Source: Cetorhinus maximus (lineage: Eukaryota). From it: a DNA stretch of 64,000 nucleotides. The stretch lies in the NCBI RefSeq assembly GCF_964194155.1, contig NC_135897.1:74834001-74898000 (forward strand), written 5' to 3'. Below the pieces are notes generated by a model, which did no database searches, was not told the DNA's origin, and saw only the letters and a list, made by a program, of their open reading frames with translations. The position numbers and the translations under genes were made by a program. This document shows, one piece after another, positions 36,894 through 48,325 of the stretch. The first letter of the stretch is position 1, and each line of letters begins with the position of its first letter.

Positions 36894-38075
36894 TTAAGAT
36901 CTAAAGTTGTTGAATTCAATATTCAGCCCAGAGGGCTGTAAAGTGCCTAGTCGGAAGATGAGGTGCTGTTCCTCCAGTTTGCGTTGGGCTTCACTGGAAC
37001 AATGCAGCAAGCCAAGGACAGACATGTTGGCAAGAGAACAGGGTGGAGTGTTAAAATGGCAAGCGACAGGGAGGTTTGGGTCTTTCTTGCGGACAGACCG
37101 CAGGTGTTCCGCAAAACGGTCGCCCAGTTTGCGTTTGGTCTCTCCAATGTAGAGGAGACCGCATTGGGAGCAACGAATGCAGTAGACTAAGTTAGGGGAA
37201 ATGCAAGTGAAATGCTGCTTCACTTGAAAGGAGTGTTTGGGCCCTTGGACGGTGAGGAGAGAGGAAGTGAAGGGGCAGGTGTTGCATCTTCTGCGTGGGC
37301 ATGGGGAGGTGCCATAAGTGGGGGTTGAGGAGTAGGGGGTGATGGAGGAGTGGACCAGGGTGTCCCGGAGGGAACGATCCCTACGGAATGCCGTCAAGGG
37401 GGGTGAAGGGAAGATGTGTTTGGTGGTGGCATCATGCTGGAGTTGGCGGAAATGGCGGAGGATGATCCTTTGAATGCGGAGGCTGGTGGGGTGATAAGTG
37501 AGGACAAGGGGGACCCTATCATGTTTCTGGGAAGGAGGAGAAGGCGTGAGGGAGGATGCGCGGGATATGGGCCGGACACGGTTGAGGGCCCTGTCAACGA
37601 CCGTGGATGGAAAACCTCGGTTAAGGAAGAAGGAGGACATGTCAGAGGAGCTGTTTTTGAAGGTAGCGTCATCAGAACAGATGCGGCGGAGGCGAAGGAA
37701 CTGAGAGAATGGGATGGAGTCTTTACAGGAAGCGGGGTGTGTGGAGCTGTAGTCGAGGTAGCTGTGGGAGTCGGTAGGCTTGTAATGGATATTGGTGGAC
37801 AGTCTATCATCAGAAATTGAGACAGAGAGGTCAAGGAAGGGAAGAGAAGTGTCAGAGATGGACCATGTGAAGATGATGGAGGGGTGGAGATTGGAAGCAA
37901 AATTAATAAATTTTTCCAGGTCCCGACGAGAGCATGAAGCAGCACCGAAGTAATCATCGATGTACCGGAGAAAGAGTTGTGGGAGGGGGCCGGAGTAGGA
38001 CTGGAACAAGGAATGTTCCACATACCCCATAAAGAGACAGGCATAGCTGGGGCCCATGCGGGTACCCATAGCCAC
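36894..38075 (-). CDS. Penelope-like RT/GIY-YIG polyprotein, C-terminal part (frame open upstream toward ~38190, N-terminus truncated)
   Basis: 393-aa ORF; upstream in-frame PSTTTLLRLAELVLTLNNFSFNSSHFLQIKGV. Confidence 0.85.
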   Translation of the reverse strand: MAMGTRMGPSYACLFMGYVEHSLFQSYSGPLPQLFLRYIDDYFGAASCSRRDLEKFINFASNLHPSIIFTWSISDTSLPFLDLSVSISDDRLSTNIHYKPTDSHSYLDYSSTHPASCKDSIPFSQFLRLRRICSDDATFKNSSSDMSSFFLNRGFPSTVVDRALNRVRPISRASSLTPSPPSQKHDRVPLVLTYHPTSLRIQRIILRHFRQLQHDATTKHIFPSPPLTAFRRDRSLRDTLVHSSITPYSSTPTYGTSPCPRRRCNTCPFTSSLLTVQGPKHSFQVKQHFTCISPNLVYCIRCSQCGLLYIGETKRKLGDRFAEHLRSVRKKDPNLPVACHFNTPPCSLANMSVLGLLHCSSEAQRKLEEQHLIFRLGTLQPSGLNIEFNNFRS

Positions 38076-40439
38076 ACCTTTTATTTGGAGGAAGTGAGAG
38101 GAGTTAAAGGAGAAATTGTTCAGTGTGAGAACAAGTTCAGCCAGACGGAGGAGAGTAGTGGTGGATGGGGATTGTTGGGGCCTCTGTTCAATTCTATTGC
38201 TCTGCTCAGGGTGTCAGGTTTTTGTGCAGACAACATAAAAAACAGAGCTCCCCATTCTTTACAGTCAAAGCTGAATCTAACTGTGTAAAAATGCTGAAGT
38301 TCCAGCAAGTGGCAAGGAACACCCTGATTGTCATGCAGGTATATTCTAGCTGTCAATGTGTACTGCTAGTACATAATACTGCATTAAGAAAGCTGAAGGA
38401 TTTGTTTTTGTAGCAGATCCTATGTTTCATTTTTTAATTTAGTTTAAATTTTTTATTTGTTAATTATAAGATGGATGAAATGTGCAATATGCTTATTGAT
38501 GTCTCTCTAAATTGTTGGTTTCCTTTAGCCTCCAAGGGTCTTTTGTGTCTCCTAACTAACTCAGTAGGCTGTTGCTGGTTCTTGTCAGCCCTGAACTTCT
38601 TTTGGCTTATTTTCTTAGCTGACTTGTTTAGGTGTCAGAATTATCACAGAGACTATGATGAAAGTATAATAACGTTCATGATATTTTTCTGGTTTATTGT
38701 GAAGTAGGTTAATGGGGGCAAGTATAGTTGGGTCTGTCTGTTTGACTTAATTACATTTGGAGCCAAGTAGACTGCAAGCTTGAATTCATCAAAAGAAGCT
38801 AGGTGCTTGATGTGCTAATGAGTAAACATGGATGCTGGCTTAACATATAAAGTGCGAAGGGAATTTGCATTTTTAGATAAATAAAGGGATTTGGATTTCA
38901 AAGGGATTTTAGTCTGTTTACAACTAACCAGAAAACCTAGGCTAAGCAGTGTGTTTATTTTCCTCAAAGGTTACTGACCATATTAACAACATGAAAGTTT
39001 TTATATTATGAGGAAGAGACAGTTTGAAAGACACATGGAACAATAGAATTTACATATTAAAAAGAGAGAAACATATATAAAGGAGAATGAAAGGCTATGT
39101 GGAAGAAGGCCATGTAAGAGCAAATAGGAGTGTGCAAAATAGCTTAATGAAGCCTCTAGCCATTTATGCATAAGTCTGCTACACAACAAAATTGAAATTG
39201 GAGAAAAGCCATTTGGAATTCCACTGTCAAGTGGGTATTGTGTTAACTTGCTAGCTGTTTTAAATCTAAAATCTGTTTTGGACTGTTGCCTTAAAGGGGG
39301 TGTAACTGGGGGTCAGGTTAATTAGGAATTTCAGGAGTTATTACAGTAGTAAGTAATTGTAGTATTATGTATGGACTTGAAATCTTTTATTTTGTTAATA
39401 AATATTTTAATTTAATTTTTAAAATCTCTAAATGTCTTGGTGGACTTATTACTTCTGATTTCAGTGCACATATCTTCTCGTAATAAATACAAATTGCAAA
39501 ACTGTTGTGATAGCGCGACCAAGTTTCCTTTCTGGATTTGGTCTGCCTGGCACACATCATTTACTACATCATAATAAAGACAAATGTGCCATTCTAGGGT
39601 AAATATATTTCAGCCTGAAGGGTATAATGCCCCTGAATTTTGTCTGATGTTACAGCTCATCATTTTGCCACTACTTAAATTTTTTTGTGTAGTCTAATAG
39701 GGATGATTATATGTACAGAATTTTAGTTTAAGCAGGTAATTTTATCATCAGGGCCCCCTGCTAATAAAGTATTAACAAAATTATATCATTAATTCAAACT
39801 CTTGTTTGATTTTTTGGGCTTTTTTTGGTTTTTTTAATGGTACAAAGATTACAAAGATGAGGGAGGCCATTTGGCTCATGTAGCTCACCTTTTTATAGAA
39901 ACACGCAGTATTTTGTTCATAGTGCCTCTTGAATTATTTCAGTGTATTTGTCTCTGCTACCCTTCTTAGAAAACCATTCCAGTGTTAATATTTGCTGTGT
40001 ATTTGAATCCTGTGAATAATGGCAGGTAAATTGCTGGCACCAAATAATAACAAGCCATATTGCCAATGCTGGGTGAATAATGACTGAGTTAATTACCATC
40101 TAGTCATGTTGCACATGTCCATTATCCAAATCTCAGTCAACAAATAAGGGAAACTAATACATTAGCATTCTGAGAAGTCTGTGTGAATGTTAGATTATTA
40201 GGACCCAGCTAACTGTGACCATACAGCCAAATTATACTGTGCTGTAGGAGTCCATTCAGATAATGGACCTATACTGGCTTTCTAAAATAGCTATTTACTT
40301 ATTCCTAATCGCTACCATTTATCCATAGTGTTTAAAGTATTCCCCTTTCTAACATTCACTTTTAAAAGTTATTAAGTATGCTGTATCCACCATCTTCCTG
40401 CTCGGGTATTCCACCTACTACCAGTCATATGTGTTCTTG

Positions 40440-42600
40440 TTGTCTTCTCTGCAACTGTTAACAGAGTTGATCACACCATCTTCCTCCAACACCTCTCCAC
40501 TGCCATCCAGCTGCATGGGATTACTGTCACATTGTTCCATTCTTATCAATCTAATTGTAGCCAGAGAATCACTTACAATGGCTTCTCTTCCTGCTCTCGC
40601 ACCGTTACCTCCGGTGTCCCCCAAGGATACTTCCTTGGCCCCCTCCTATTTCTCTTTTACATGCTATGCCTCAGTGACACCATCCAAGGCCACAGTGTTA
40701 GCTTTCTCATGTACGCTGATGAGACCCAGCTCTACCTCACCACCGCTTCTCTCAGATCCTCTTCTGCTGCTAAATTATTAGACATTTTTAGAAATGTTTT
40801 TATTCATTCCTGGGATGTGGGCGTCACTGGCTAGGGCACAATTTTTTGCCCATCCCTAACTGCCCATGAGAAGGTGGTGGTAAGCTGCCTTCTTGAACTG
40901 CTGCAGTCCATGTGGTGTAGGTACACCCACAGTGCTGTCAGGAAGGGAGTTCCAGGATTTTGACCCAGCGACAGTGAAGGAAAGGTGATATAGTTCTAAG
41001 TCAGGATGGTGTGTGGCTTGGAAAGGAACTTGCAGGTGGTGATCCCATGCATCTGCTGCCTTTGACCTTCCAGGTGGTAGAGGTCGAAGGTTTGGAAGGT
41101 GCTGTCGAAGGAGCCTTGGTGAGTTGCTGCAGTGCATTTTGTATGGTACACACTGCTACCACTGTGCATCCATAGTGGAGGGATTGAATGTTTAAGGATG
41201 TAGATGGTTTGCCAATCAATCTCTCCTAGATGCTATTGAGTTTCCTGAGTATTGTTGGAGCTGCGTTCATTATGTGGAGACTATTTCATCACACTCCTGA
41301 CTTGAGCTTTATAGATGGTGGACAGGCTTTTGGAAATCAGGAGGTGAGCTACTTGCTGCAGAATTGCTAGCCTCTGACCTGTTCTTGTAGCCGCAGTATT
41401 TATATTGCTGGTCGAGTTCAGTTTCCAGTCAATGGTAACCCAGAGGATGTGGATAGTGGGGCATTGAGTGATGGTAATACTATTGAATATCAAGCAGAGA
41501 TGGTTAGATCCTCTCTTGTTGGAGACTGTCATTGCCTGGCATTTGTGTGATGCAAATGTTACTTACCACTTATCGGCCCAAGCCTGGATATTGTCTAGGT
41601 CTTGCTGCATATGGACCTGGGCTGCTTTGGTATCTGAGGAGTCACAAATGGTGTTGAACATTTTGCAATCATCAGCGAACATCCTCACTTGTCACCTTAA
41701 GATGGCGGAAATGTCATTGATGAAGCATCTGAAGATGGTTGGCCCTAGGACACTACCCTGAGGAACTCCTGCAGCAATGTCCAAGGACTGAGATGATTGA
41801 GCTCCAACAACCATAACTATCTTCTTTTGTGCTAGGTATGACTCCAACCAGTGAAGAGTTCTACCCTGATTTCCATTGACTTCAGTTTTGCTAGGGCTCC
41901 GTGATGCCACACTCGGTCAAATGCTGCCTAGATGTCAAGGGCAGTCACTCTCACTTCACTTCTTGCGTTCAACTGTTTTGTCCATCATCGGACCAAGGCT
42001 GTAATGAGGTCAGGAGCTGAGTGGCCCTGGCGGAACCCGAACTGAGTATCAGTGGGCAGGTTATTGCTGCTTATCTGACATTCAATACTGGAGCAGCAGA
42101 AATTTCCTCCAATTAACATATGAACATACAAACATATGAACATACGAATTAGGAGCAGGAGTGGGCCACTTGGCCATTCAAGCCTGCTCCATCATTCAAT
42201 AAGATCATGGCTGATCTGATTTTAACCTCAACTCAATTAAATATTGGGAAGACTGAAGCCATTGTTTTCTGTCCCTGCTTCAAACTCCATTCCCAATCCT
42301 CTGACTCTACTCTCTGCCTGGCAACAGTCTGAGATTAAGCCAGTCTATTCACAACCTTGGTGTCACATTTGATCCTGCAATGACCTTCTGACCTCTTATT
42401 CAGGCCATCACTAATACCGTCTTTTTCCACTTCCGTAATCTGTTATCATCATTAGTAGGCTCTGTTGTTGTGTGATCTTATGCCACTGATGATTATTGTA
42501 GACTGTCTAACATTAACCCTTTACACTACATGGAACATTGCTCAACTTCACCCCTGTCACAGCTCATCTGCTGACGAAACCCTCCTCCGTGCCTTTGTTA
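40440..42600. mobile_element. L2 fragment (+; 40440-40780 and ~42080-42600) split by a CR1-group LINE (-; ~40795-42070)
   Basis: L2 RT VTSGVPQGYFLGPLLFLFYM...MYADETQLYL; inserted element AGVPQGSVLGPTIFRCFIND; L2 resumes near AAATATTGGGAAGACTGAAGCC after a short CR1 tail. Confidence 0.82.
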
Positions 42601-43279
42601 CCTCCATTATAAGCACTACAGCTACTAACTACAAGGATGGTCCTGACCACTTGCTTGAATCACAGGTTTTCACAATTGGATACAACTGACGTTGTAAAGA
42701 ATGGGGAACCCTGTTTCTGGTGAGGCCAGCGCAAAAAAGCAAATACCCTGAGCAGAGCAATAGAATGGGGGCTCACTCCATTGTGTCAAGATGGGGAACA
42801 AATGGAGGTGACACTGTTAAATGAGGAACGGAATATCCCTGAGCAAATCAACCCATGCTGCGTTTAGTGGTCTCTGCATGCCCGCACCATACATGCACAA
42901 TCCCCCCAAAAAAAATTAACTGAGACAATTACGGTCTAGACTTGCACATGTTCAGATCAAGTTCATGTTCCGCATTCTGTACTAAATTACTGCTATGCGC
43001 TTAGTTGAGGTTGCAACGGAACACCCACACTGTCTTCAGCAACAAGGTGTGGTCAAGAATGAAGTCACCCGCGTGTGTGTCTGTCCGGGGAGTTCAGTTG
43101 CAGCTTCTGACTCCTGTAGCCCCCTTAACTGCATATAATGATAATCTTATAACATTTGTGTTTGCAATATTAAATATTGTAAGTGTGTGCATAGTAAATG
43201 CCACTGGTTCAGAGATTTGCAGCGAGTGAAAGTTATACCCATGAGAGCCCAGTGCAGCTGTAATATACAAAACACATCA

Positions 43280-43850
43280 TTATAGCCCCGGAGGCGAGGG
43301 GCCCGTGTCGTTTTCAGAGAAGTTAACTAAAATAAAACAGTTTGCGGGTTGGAGAGAAACCAGCCCTCCGAGGGTAGAAAGATGCCAAGGCATTTTCTGA
43401 GGCAAAACAGCTGTGTTTCCCCCACCCCTTTTATAAAGAAAATCTGTGATGATGTTTCATCAGCGACTGACTGGCCCAGACTGAGCTCCTGCTCTGCTCG
43501 GGTCCGCCTCTAATCCCTCCCCCCGGGCTCCGTGTACCGGATGTGGTGTGTGTGTGGTTTCCGCTTGGGCGTGTGTCCGCCCTCTAAGTCCCTCCCCCAC
43601 CCATTAGCGGCCGTGTTGTGTCCTCCCTCCGGTATCTGGTAGCTCCATCTGGTCTCCATGGCGGCCAAGCGAAAGCAGGAGGAGAAGCACCTGAAGCTGC
43701 TGCGGGACATGACAACGCTGCAGCACAACAGGAAATGCTTCGACTGCGACCAGAGAGGCCCGACCTATGTCAACATGACCATCGGCTCCTTCGTCTGCAC
43801 GTCCTGCAGCGGCATCCTGTGAGTATGAGAGCCCGGGGACGGGCCTCCCT
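43280..43850 (+). promoter_or_regulatory. AGFG1 CpG-rich promoter / exon 1 region
   Basis: GC- and CpG-rich; duplicated GC-box-like GTCCGCC(C)TCTAA(G)TCCCTCCCCC at ~43502 and ~43575. Confidence 0.7.
43658..43818 (+). CDS. AGFG1: ArfGAP with FG repeats 1, exon 1 (C4 zinc finger)
   Basis: MAAKRKQEEKHLKLLRDMTTLQHNRKCFDCDQRGPTYVNMTIGSFVCTSCSGIL; context CCATGG; GTGAGT donor. Confidence 0.97.
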
Positions 43851-44394
43851 CTCTCTCTCTCTCCCTGCCTGCAGCATCACACAAAGCAAAAGAAGAGATG
43901 GAGCATGATTGACACACACACACCCACACACACAACACCGGCCCAGGAGACACATGGGGAGATGGAGTATTGCAGAAAGAAGAGAGAGAAAATAGGAGAT
44001 AAGACATCCTGCAGGGAATTAGGAAGAGGGTGTAGAGAGAGAGAGAGAGAGAGGAAAAAAAGCTGTTCTGCAGATCCTCAGAGAGAAGGGAGAGACCGCA
44101 GGACGGCGGGCAAGAGGGGCTAAGGGTGAGCAAGAGAGTAAGTATGCAAAGATAAGTCATTTCACAGCGATTCAGAGGGAGGAGGAAACCCATCACATGA
44201 GATGAGAGAGAGATAACCCATTTCAGAATAGGGAAGGAGAGAACACAAGGGAAAGTGATGAAGTCATCTTTCAGAGTTAAGGAGAGGACGCCCATGCTAT
44301 ACAGAGTGGAGAGAAATTTTAATCAAGACCACAAAGATGTTGACAGAGAAAGACTGTAAAATAATCTGACCAAGAAATCCTTGGCACAAGTAAG

Positions 44395-47300
44395 ATTTTT
44401 TTATTCATTCATGGGATGTGGGCGTCACTGGCCAGGCCAACATTTATTGACCAATTTATTGCCCAGTTGCCCTTTAGAAGTTGGTGGTGAGCTGTCTTCT
44501 TGAATCGCTGCTGTCCATGGTATAGGTACACCCACAGTGCTATTAAGAAGGGAGATCCAGGATTTTGACACAGCGAAAGTGAAGGAACAGTGATATATTT
44601 CCACATTAGGATGATGAGTAGCTTGGAGGGGACCTTCCAGGTGGTGGTGTTCCCATCTGTCTGCTGCCCTTGCCCGTCTAGATGATAGTGGTTGTGGGTT
44701 TGGAAGGTGCTCTGTTAGGAGCCTTGGTGAGTTCCTGCAGTGCATCTTGTAGATGGCACACACTGCTGCTACTGGGCGTTGGTGGTGGAGTGAGTGAATG
44801 TTTGTGGATGTGGTGCCAATCAAGCGGGCTGCTTTGTCCTGGATAGTGTCGAACATGCTGAGCGTTGTTGGAGCTGTACTTTTCCAGGCAAGTGGAGAGT
44901 ATTCCTTCACACTCCAGGCTTGTGCCTTGTAGATGGTGGACAGCCTTTGGGGATTTGGGAGGTGAGTTACTTGCTGCAGGATTCCTAGCCTGTGACCTGC
45001 TCTTGTAGCCACAGTATTTATATGGCTAGTCCAGTTGAGTTTCTGGTCAATGGTAACCACCGAAGATGTTGATAGTGGGGGATTCATTGCCTGGCATTTG
45101 TGCGGTGTGAATGTTACTTGCCACTTGTCAGCCCAAGCTTGGATATTGTGCAGGTCTTCCTGCATTTGGACATGGACTGTTTCAGTATCTGAGGAGTCGC
45201 GAATGGTGCTGAACATTGAGCAACCATTGGTAAACATCCCCACTTCCGACCTTATGATGGAAGGAAGGTCTTTGATGAAGCAGTTGAAACTGGTTGGGCC
45301 AAGGACACCACCCTGAGGAACTCCTGCAGTGATGTCCTGAAACTCAGATGATTGACCTCCAACAACCACAACCATCTTCCTTTGTCTTAGTTATGACTCC
45401 AACCAGCAGAGAGTTTTCCCCCCTGATTCCCATTGACTCCAGTTTTGCTAGGGCTCCTTGATGCCACACTCGATCAAATGCTGCCTTGCTGTCAAGAACT
45501 CACCTCAAGAGTTCTGCCCGTTATCCATGTTTGAACCAAGGCTGTAATGAGGTCAGGAGCTGTGTGGCCCTTGTGGAATCCAAACTGAGCATTAGTGAGC
45601 AGGTTATTGCTAAGCTACTGCCACTTGATAGCACTGTTGATGACCCCCTTCCATCAGTTTACTGATGATTGAGAGGATACTGATGGGCTGGTAATTGGCC
45701 TGGTTGGATTTGTCCTGCTTTTTGTGTACAGGACATACCTGGGCAATTTTCCACATTGCTAGCTAGATACCAGTATTGTAGCTATACTGGAACGGCTTGG
45801 CTTGGGGTGCAGCAAGTTCTGGAGCACAAGTCTTCAGTACTATTGCCGAAATATTACCAGGGCCCATAGCCTTTGCAATGCCCCGTGACTTCAGCCACTT
45901 CTTGATATCACGTGGAGTGAATCGAATTGGCTGAAGACTGGCATTTGTGATGCTGGGGATCTCCGGAGGAAGCCGAGATGGATCATCCACTTGACATTTC
46001 TGGCTGAAGATTGTTGCAAATGCTTTAGCCCTCATCTTTTCCACTGATATGCTGGGCTTCCCTATCACTGAGGATGGGGATATTTGTTGGGCCTCCTCCT
46101 CCAGTGAGTTGCTTAATTGTCCAGCACCACTCACATCTGGATGTGGCAGGTGCAGAGCTTAGATCTGATCTGTTGGTTGTGGAATTGCTTAGCTCTGTCT
46201 ATCACTTGCTGTTTGGCATGCAAGTAGTCCTGTGCTGTAGCTTCACCAGGTTGACACCTCATTTTTAGCTATGCCTGGTGCTGCTCCTGGCATGCCTGCT
46301 GCACTCTTCATCGAACCAGGGTTGACCCCCCAGTTAGAGTGGGGGATATGCTAGGCTGTGAGTTTACAGATTGTGTTTGAGTACAATTCTGCTGCTGCAG
46401 ATGACCCACAGCACCTCATGGATGCCCAGTCTTGAGTTGCTAGATCTGTTCAAAATCTATCCCATTTAGTATGGTGACAGCACCACACAACACGATGGAG
46501 GGTATCCTTAATGTGAAGACAGGACTTGATCTCCGCAAGGACTGTGGTGATGGTTACTCATACCGATACTGCCATGGATAGATGCATCTACGGCGGGCAG
46601 GTTGGTGAGGATGAGGTGAAGTATGTTTTTCCGTCATGTTGGTTCCCTCACCACCTGTCACAGTCCCAGGTTAGCAGCTATGTCCCTTTAGGACTTGGCC
46701 AGCTCGGTCAGTAATGGTGCTACCGAGCCACTCTTGGTGATGGACATTGAAGCACCCTATACAGAGTACATTCTACCGCTTCCCATTCTCCGTGCTTCCT
46801 CCAAGTAGTGCAGGAGCACTGATTCATCAGCACGGGTGGGCCGTACATGGTAATCAGCAGGAGGTTTCCTTGCCCATGTTTAACCTGATCTCATGAGACT
46901 TCATGGGGTCCAGAGTTGATGATGAGGACTCCCAGGGGCAACTCCCTCCTGACTGTATGCCACTGTGCTGCCATCTCTGCTGGGTCTGTCCTGGTGGGAC
47001 AGGACATACCCAGGGATGGTGATGTGGTGTCTGGGACATTATCTGTGAGGTATGATTCCGTGAGGATGTCTCTGTCTGGCTGTTGCTTGACAGGAGGACT
47101 TTGCGGGATCGACAGGGTTCAGTTTGCCGTTGTGGTTTCTGCTGCCTATGTCAATGCTGGGTGGTCCATCTGGTTTCATTCCTTTTAGACTTTGTAGCAG
47201 CTTGATATAACTGAGTGACTTGCTAGGCCATTTAAGAGTCAACCACATTGCTTTGGGTCTGGAGTCACATGTAGGCCAGGCCAGGTAAGGATGGCAGATT

Positions 47301-47485
47301 TCTTTCCCTAAAGGGCATTAATGAACCAGATTGCGACATTCGACAATGGTTTCATGTTCATTGTTAGATTTTTAATTTTTATTGAATTCAAAGTTCACCG
47401 TCTGCTGTGGTCGGATTCGAACCTGGGTCCCCAGAGCATTACCCTGGGTCTCTGGGTTACTAGTTGGGACAATACCACTATGTCA
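44395..47485 (-). mobile_element. Near full-length CR1-group LINE (APE endonuclease plus RT, decayed) with a tRNA-like 5' head
   Basis: RT ORF 44425-45375 (GVPQGGVLGP), linker KAMGPGNISAIVLKTCAPELAAP, endonuclease remnants (VKQQPDRDILTESYL, HQEWLGSTITDRAG), B box GGTTCGAATCC at 47413-47423. Confidence 0.9.
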
Positions 47486-48197
47486 ATGAGAACAGCACGG
47501 AAGTAAATACTGGTTTTCTTAAAAACGTTAATAACATACAGTGCAGAACTTTCATATTGTAAGTATTCTATAGCATTATAATTTAGATGGAGGGGGGGGA
47601 CACAGTATGTGATTACTAATCCATTTGAAAAGGGGCCTTTCAGCCATAACAGTTTGGCAACTACTAGAAAATTGAACTTTTGCTGCCAGTGGGGACACTT
47701 GACTGGTGGCAGAACATAAAAAGAATGTGAATTTGGGCACCCTATGATTTTCCAACCATTAACAGGAAATGCACAACAGAATCAGCATATTCAAAAGAAA
47801 AATTGCTTAATGTTTTATGTAGGCTCCTTAGGAGCTGATATTGTCAAGCAGAAGAAAGGGAACAAGAATTAATTGGGAAAGAGTTTGCATCTGTTCAGTG
47901 TCTTTCAGGTTATTCCAAAGTGCTTCACAGCCAGTGAATTACTTTTTGAAGTGTAGCCACGAATGCAAGTACATATGGTATATGAATGTTAATTATTGTC
48001 ACTAAGGGAGAGCTGTTGAGCTTACCAACCTTTAAATAGATCTTAAATGCAATAAACATGTAAGAAGGATTAAATACTGTGCAAAGATCATATCAGTTAA
48101 CTGTGTGAAAAGTGGAAGGATGAGTTAGACATAACTGCAGAATAGTAAGGGAGTGCAGTGGAATTTCAATAGGAGAACCCAGCTGGTGTTTCCAGGA

Positions 48198-48325
48198 TAA
48201 AATAAGATACTGCGGATGCTGGAAATCTGAAATAAAAACAGAAAAAAAAACTCAGGTCTGGCAGCATCTGTGGAGAGAGAAGCAGTTAACGTTTTGAGTT
48301 TGTATGACTCTTCTTCAGAACTTCA
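48198..48325 (-). mobile_element. Penelope-terminus short element with decayed hammerhead
   Basis: Reverse complement GTT-CTGAAGA-A-GAGTC-ATACA-AACTC-AAAA-CGTTAAC plus the family tail. Confidence 0.75.

Larger units (their letters stand above)
36428..38190 (-). mobile_element. Young 5'-truncated Penelope-like element (RT plus GIY-YIG endonuclease, 3' terminus with hammerhead)
   Basis: Uninterrupted ORF with RT motifs GVAMGTRMGPSYACLFM and FLRYIDD, Cys-rich linker CPRRRCNTC, GIY-YIG LVYCIRCSQCGLLYIGETKRKLGDRFAEH. Possible TSD ATTCTA (36422-36427 / 38191-38196). Confidence 0.95.

Noticed and set aside
37394-38077. 227-aa Ser/Pro-rich ORF overlapping the Penelope ORF
   Set aside because: Alternative frame of a C-rich coding strand with no evidence of independent function.
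43765-44295. 176-aa hydrophobic minus-strand ORF antisense to AGFG1
   Set aside because: It arises from (GA)n/(CA)n low-complexity intron sequence and resembles no protein family I recognise.
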